A DNA stretch of 64,000 nt, from positions 14,701,653-14,765,652 of the forward strand of contig NC_134028.1 in the NCBI RefSeq assembly GCF_964204645.1, read 5' to 3'. This stretch comes from Tubulanus polymorphus (Eukaryota > Animalia > Nemertea). The translations under genes and the position numbers were made by a program. The stretch's first letter is position 1. Each line of letters opens with the position of its first letter. Positions 61,236 through 64,000 of the stretch are shown one piece after another. The notes beneath the pieces were generated by a model. It saw nothing but the letters and a program-made list of their open reading frames with translations, had not been told where the DNA came from and made no database searches.

Positions 61236-64000
61236 CCACGTTATGCACTACAGCTATGCAGGTGATCGGGTTTAAAATTTTTATTTAAAAAAAGACGATT
61301 GAAGCTACGCCGATGCGGGCGAGCGCATGTCTTTTTATTTTCATCAGGGACTTTTTCATGACGTGGGCGGCATTTGACTTTCTTGAGAAACTAGGGTATT
61401 TCTTTGTGTGGCCCTACAGTGTTTTTTCACTATTGCACTTTTTAACTTTTTGATCATTGAACTAGCCAACCTCTGGCTCTGTTAATCTGTATCAACCTCT
61501 GTATCACTTGCGACTCGGCTTTTTAGTAAGGATTAAGCAGAGATTATCCTTAGTTCTATGAATTAGCTAATATTGTGTATGAACTATAATTTAAACCCAT
61601 AACCCATAAAATACCCAGTATACTATCTGAATGATTGCCTATTTAATCTAACCCTGATCATGTGGCTATTTAAAACAAGGCATAATCATTAGGCCCAATA
61701 CCACTGGCACTCGTTTCATTTTTTATGATTACATGTACCACATTGGTCTGTCTATACATCATTATATCTTTTTCACTGCAATGTATTTTCCCAACAGATC
61801 TGGTTTCGATAGTGCCCACTAGCAGTAGAGGTGATTGTAAAACGACCGGATTATAAACATCGACTTTGTTTGATTTGCAATGATACGTGACAGGTTCATA
61901 AGCACTGTTAAACCCTATATGCTTTGTATACAGAACTCTGTAAAATCTTTTCACAACGAGTTGACATGCGGCTTTTTGACCACAGAGGTATCAGTTTACA
62001 GTAGTGAACTCTGTTGCAGAGTGCATGCTGAGCCAGTTTAGTGGCTTGTTGCTATGGTTTTGTACACAAATTCAGCAAGAGTGAATAACTAGCAAGATTT
62101 CACAAGACATGCAGTCTTAGGAATGTAGAAGAATTTAAGTTCATCTTGTTGTTTTATACACTCTTATTGAATGATGACGTAGAGTTGATGGATGGCAAAG
62201 CCTGGCAGTGATCCAGATAAAATAGTTACAGTTGTTAGAAAGGAGAGAATTTTCGAGGATTTTGCTCATTTCACAGAATATTCAACGAAAGAAGATATAT
62301 CTGAGTTTAACAGATGTCATGTCACATATTTTTGTAATATATTTTCACAAAGCTCTAGGCATTTACACAACTGATATTTTTGTGGTTTTCACTCATAGAG
62401 TAGTGGCATTATATTATATCTAGATAATAAGATAGCACACATTGAACTCCAATCTTCTACCCAGTCACTCTCTTTTGCGGATGCATCTATAATATATAGT
62501 TTGAATCTAATTCAGACAAAGAATCATTGCTGATATTTATAATGAATTCGTCAACCAAATCATTTGCATTTTAAACTGACATGTGTAATAGGCCCTATTA
62601 AAGAACTGAGTTGGTGGAGATGCAAGTTGTGTGTGTGTATGTGTAGTTATTCCCTCTTGGTGGACGCTGGACTACAGTGGGTCAGCACATCTGTGTTGGA
62701 TCATTTGTGTAGCAGCTATCTGACAGCTCACAGCAGAAGCTGCTCTTTGATGTGGAGAAAAAGCCGCACGTCAACTCGTGAATAGACTTTATGCTTTGAA
62801 TACAGTTCTGTGAATAGAAAATCCAAGTTTTTTAGTTGCTAAGAATCCACCGCTCAACAAAATGGCAACATCCAATAGGAAAACTATTGATTTATATAAC
62901 ATCATTATGGAGCTATAAAACATGCCTGTTTTCAAAAGATTGCTTGGAACTGCGCAATTGCGCTGCCTGGTATACAGCGCGGGCATTCTGTTCGGTTTTA
63001 TTGTATAACGCTGCGCAAAACTAGCTGCTCTGTAATCATTGCGCGGAAATTTGCTCGGTTTCAATCGTTAGTAGCCCCGCGCAAATGCGAGCTGCTCCGA
63101 ACTCTGCTCAGCATTGTAAATATACAAGAGGACTTCAAAGTCCTTGAGTTCGAAGAAGTCTGATGTACGAATTATAAATCACATAGGCCTAAAACAAAGG
63201 CAAATTATGAAAAGAAATTGATATTCCATTAGAGAAGTTTGTTTAAAAAAATTCAATTTGTTTTCCGTTTCATCTATCATGATAATTATAATATTCTTAA
63301 GGCAAGCGAATTACATATGTGGACCTATTTCATTGAGGCGTATCACTCAATCTGAAAAGAAAAATCTTCCGATCCTGTCATGTGACTTAATGACTGCAAC
63401 TTGACGATAGCTTAGGTTCTCATTCTTCGAACCAAAAATACCAAGCGAAGGCATGATACTCGGCGACTTGCTCGGACCATCTGACACTGCTGACACACCT
63501 CTATGTGAACGCACCAACCTCTGAATGATTTGACCGTATCTGTCATTGGGTTTTTATATGCTACCCGAACAATAGATAATTATCTGGCCGAGTAATTACG
63601 CCGATCAGATTGACTTACTCGGCCGAGCACGATTTTTCTGCCGAGTAGTAACGCAACTTTGCTCGGATTACGTCTAGTAATAAGTAATTAACGCCGATGT
63701 TGACATTCGCTTAGAGATGATATTATACCACTGGAGCAAATAAAAAATATACAAATGTTCATTAGTCCTAGAACTACGTATCATTAAGTTTTTCTATGTT
63801 TGAACCAACTATTGGTGCACATTTTTCCCATGAAGAGTCTGGTGACGACAGCCGGGTGTTGTCAACAACATTTTTTTCTGGCTGATGTTTATTCTGAACA
63901 TTCTTCCGTTTGTTTATTCTTTAAGCTTATATTTGTAGCGCGACATGAATTATCTGTTACACTCAACAATTGACAGGCGATGACGGCTTCACGCGATACG

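Larger units (their letters stand above)
59863..61413. mobile_element. TIR element (GGCCACACAAAGAAATACCCTAGTTT ends) with nested insertions
   Basis: 26 bp perfect inverted termini; another left end at about 33758; TSD not clear. Confidence 0.8.

Noticed and set aside
61990-62790. Possible decayed coding sequence (MAKPGSDPDKIV..., HFKLTCVIGPIKELSWW...)
   Set aside because: It looks vaguely coding but I cannot assign a family; BLASTx would be needed

Overview
AT-rich eukaryotic DNA, probably from a marine invertebrate of lophotrochozoan type (inferred from the repeat families). It is almost entirely transposable-element debris and I found no convincing host gene. The first 12.7 kb is a stack of decayed coding elements, mostly on the minus strand: a PIF/Harbinger transposase interleaved with an antisense MADF/BESS-like partner gene, a very AT-rich ~6 kb Polinton/Maverick (adintovirus-like) virus remnant, an L1/Tx1 ORF1 piece, a pogo/Tigger transposase and a degraded piggyBac. 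From 13 to 47 kb there are deeply nested non-autonomous elements: Helentron-type HINEs (two inverted copies carry a LINE RT fragment), MITEs with 2, 3, 5, 7, 8 and 9 bp target duplications, a tRNA-derived SINE, and a CACTA transposase split by a Mutator-like element. 47061-50080 is a near-intact piggyBac with TTAA sites, 13 bp TIRs and a two-exon transposase carrying one frameshift. The most interesting lead is the Polinton-like remnant, whose ORFs share a T-tract plus (TA)TAAATG motif fused to the start codon, resembling a poxvirus late promoter. All family assignments come from motif recognition by eye; no database searches were run.
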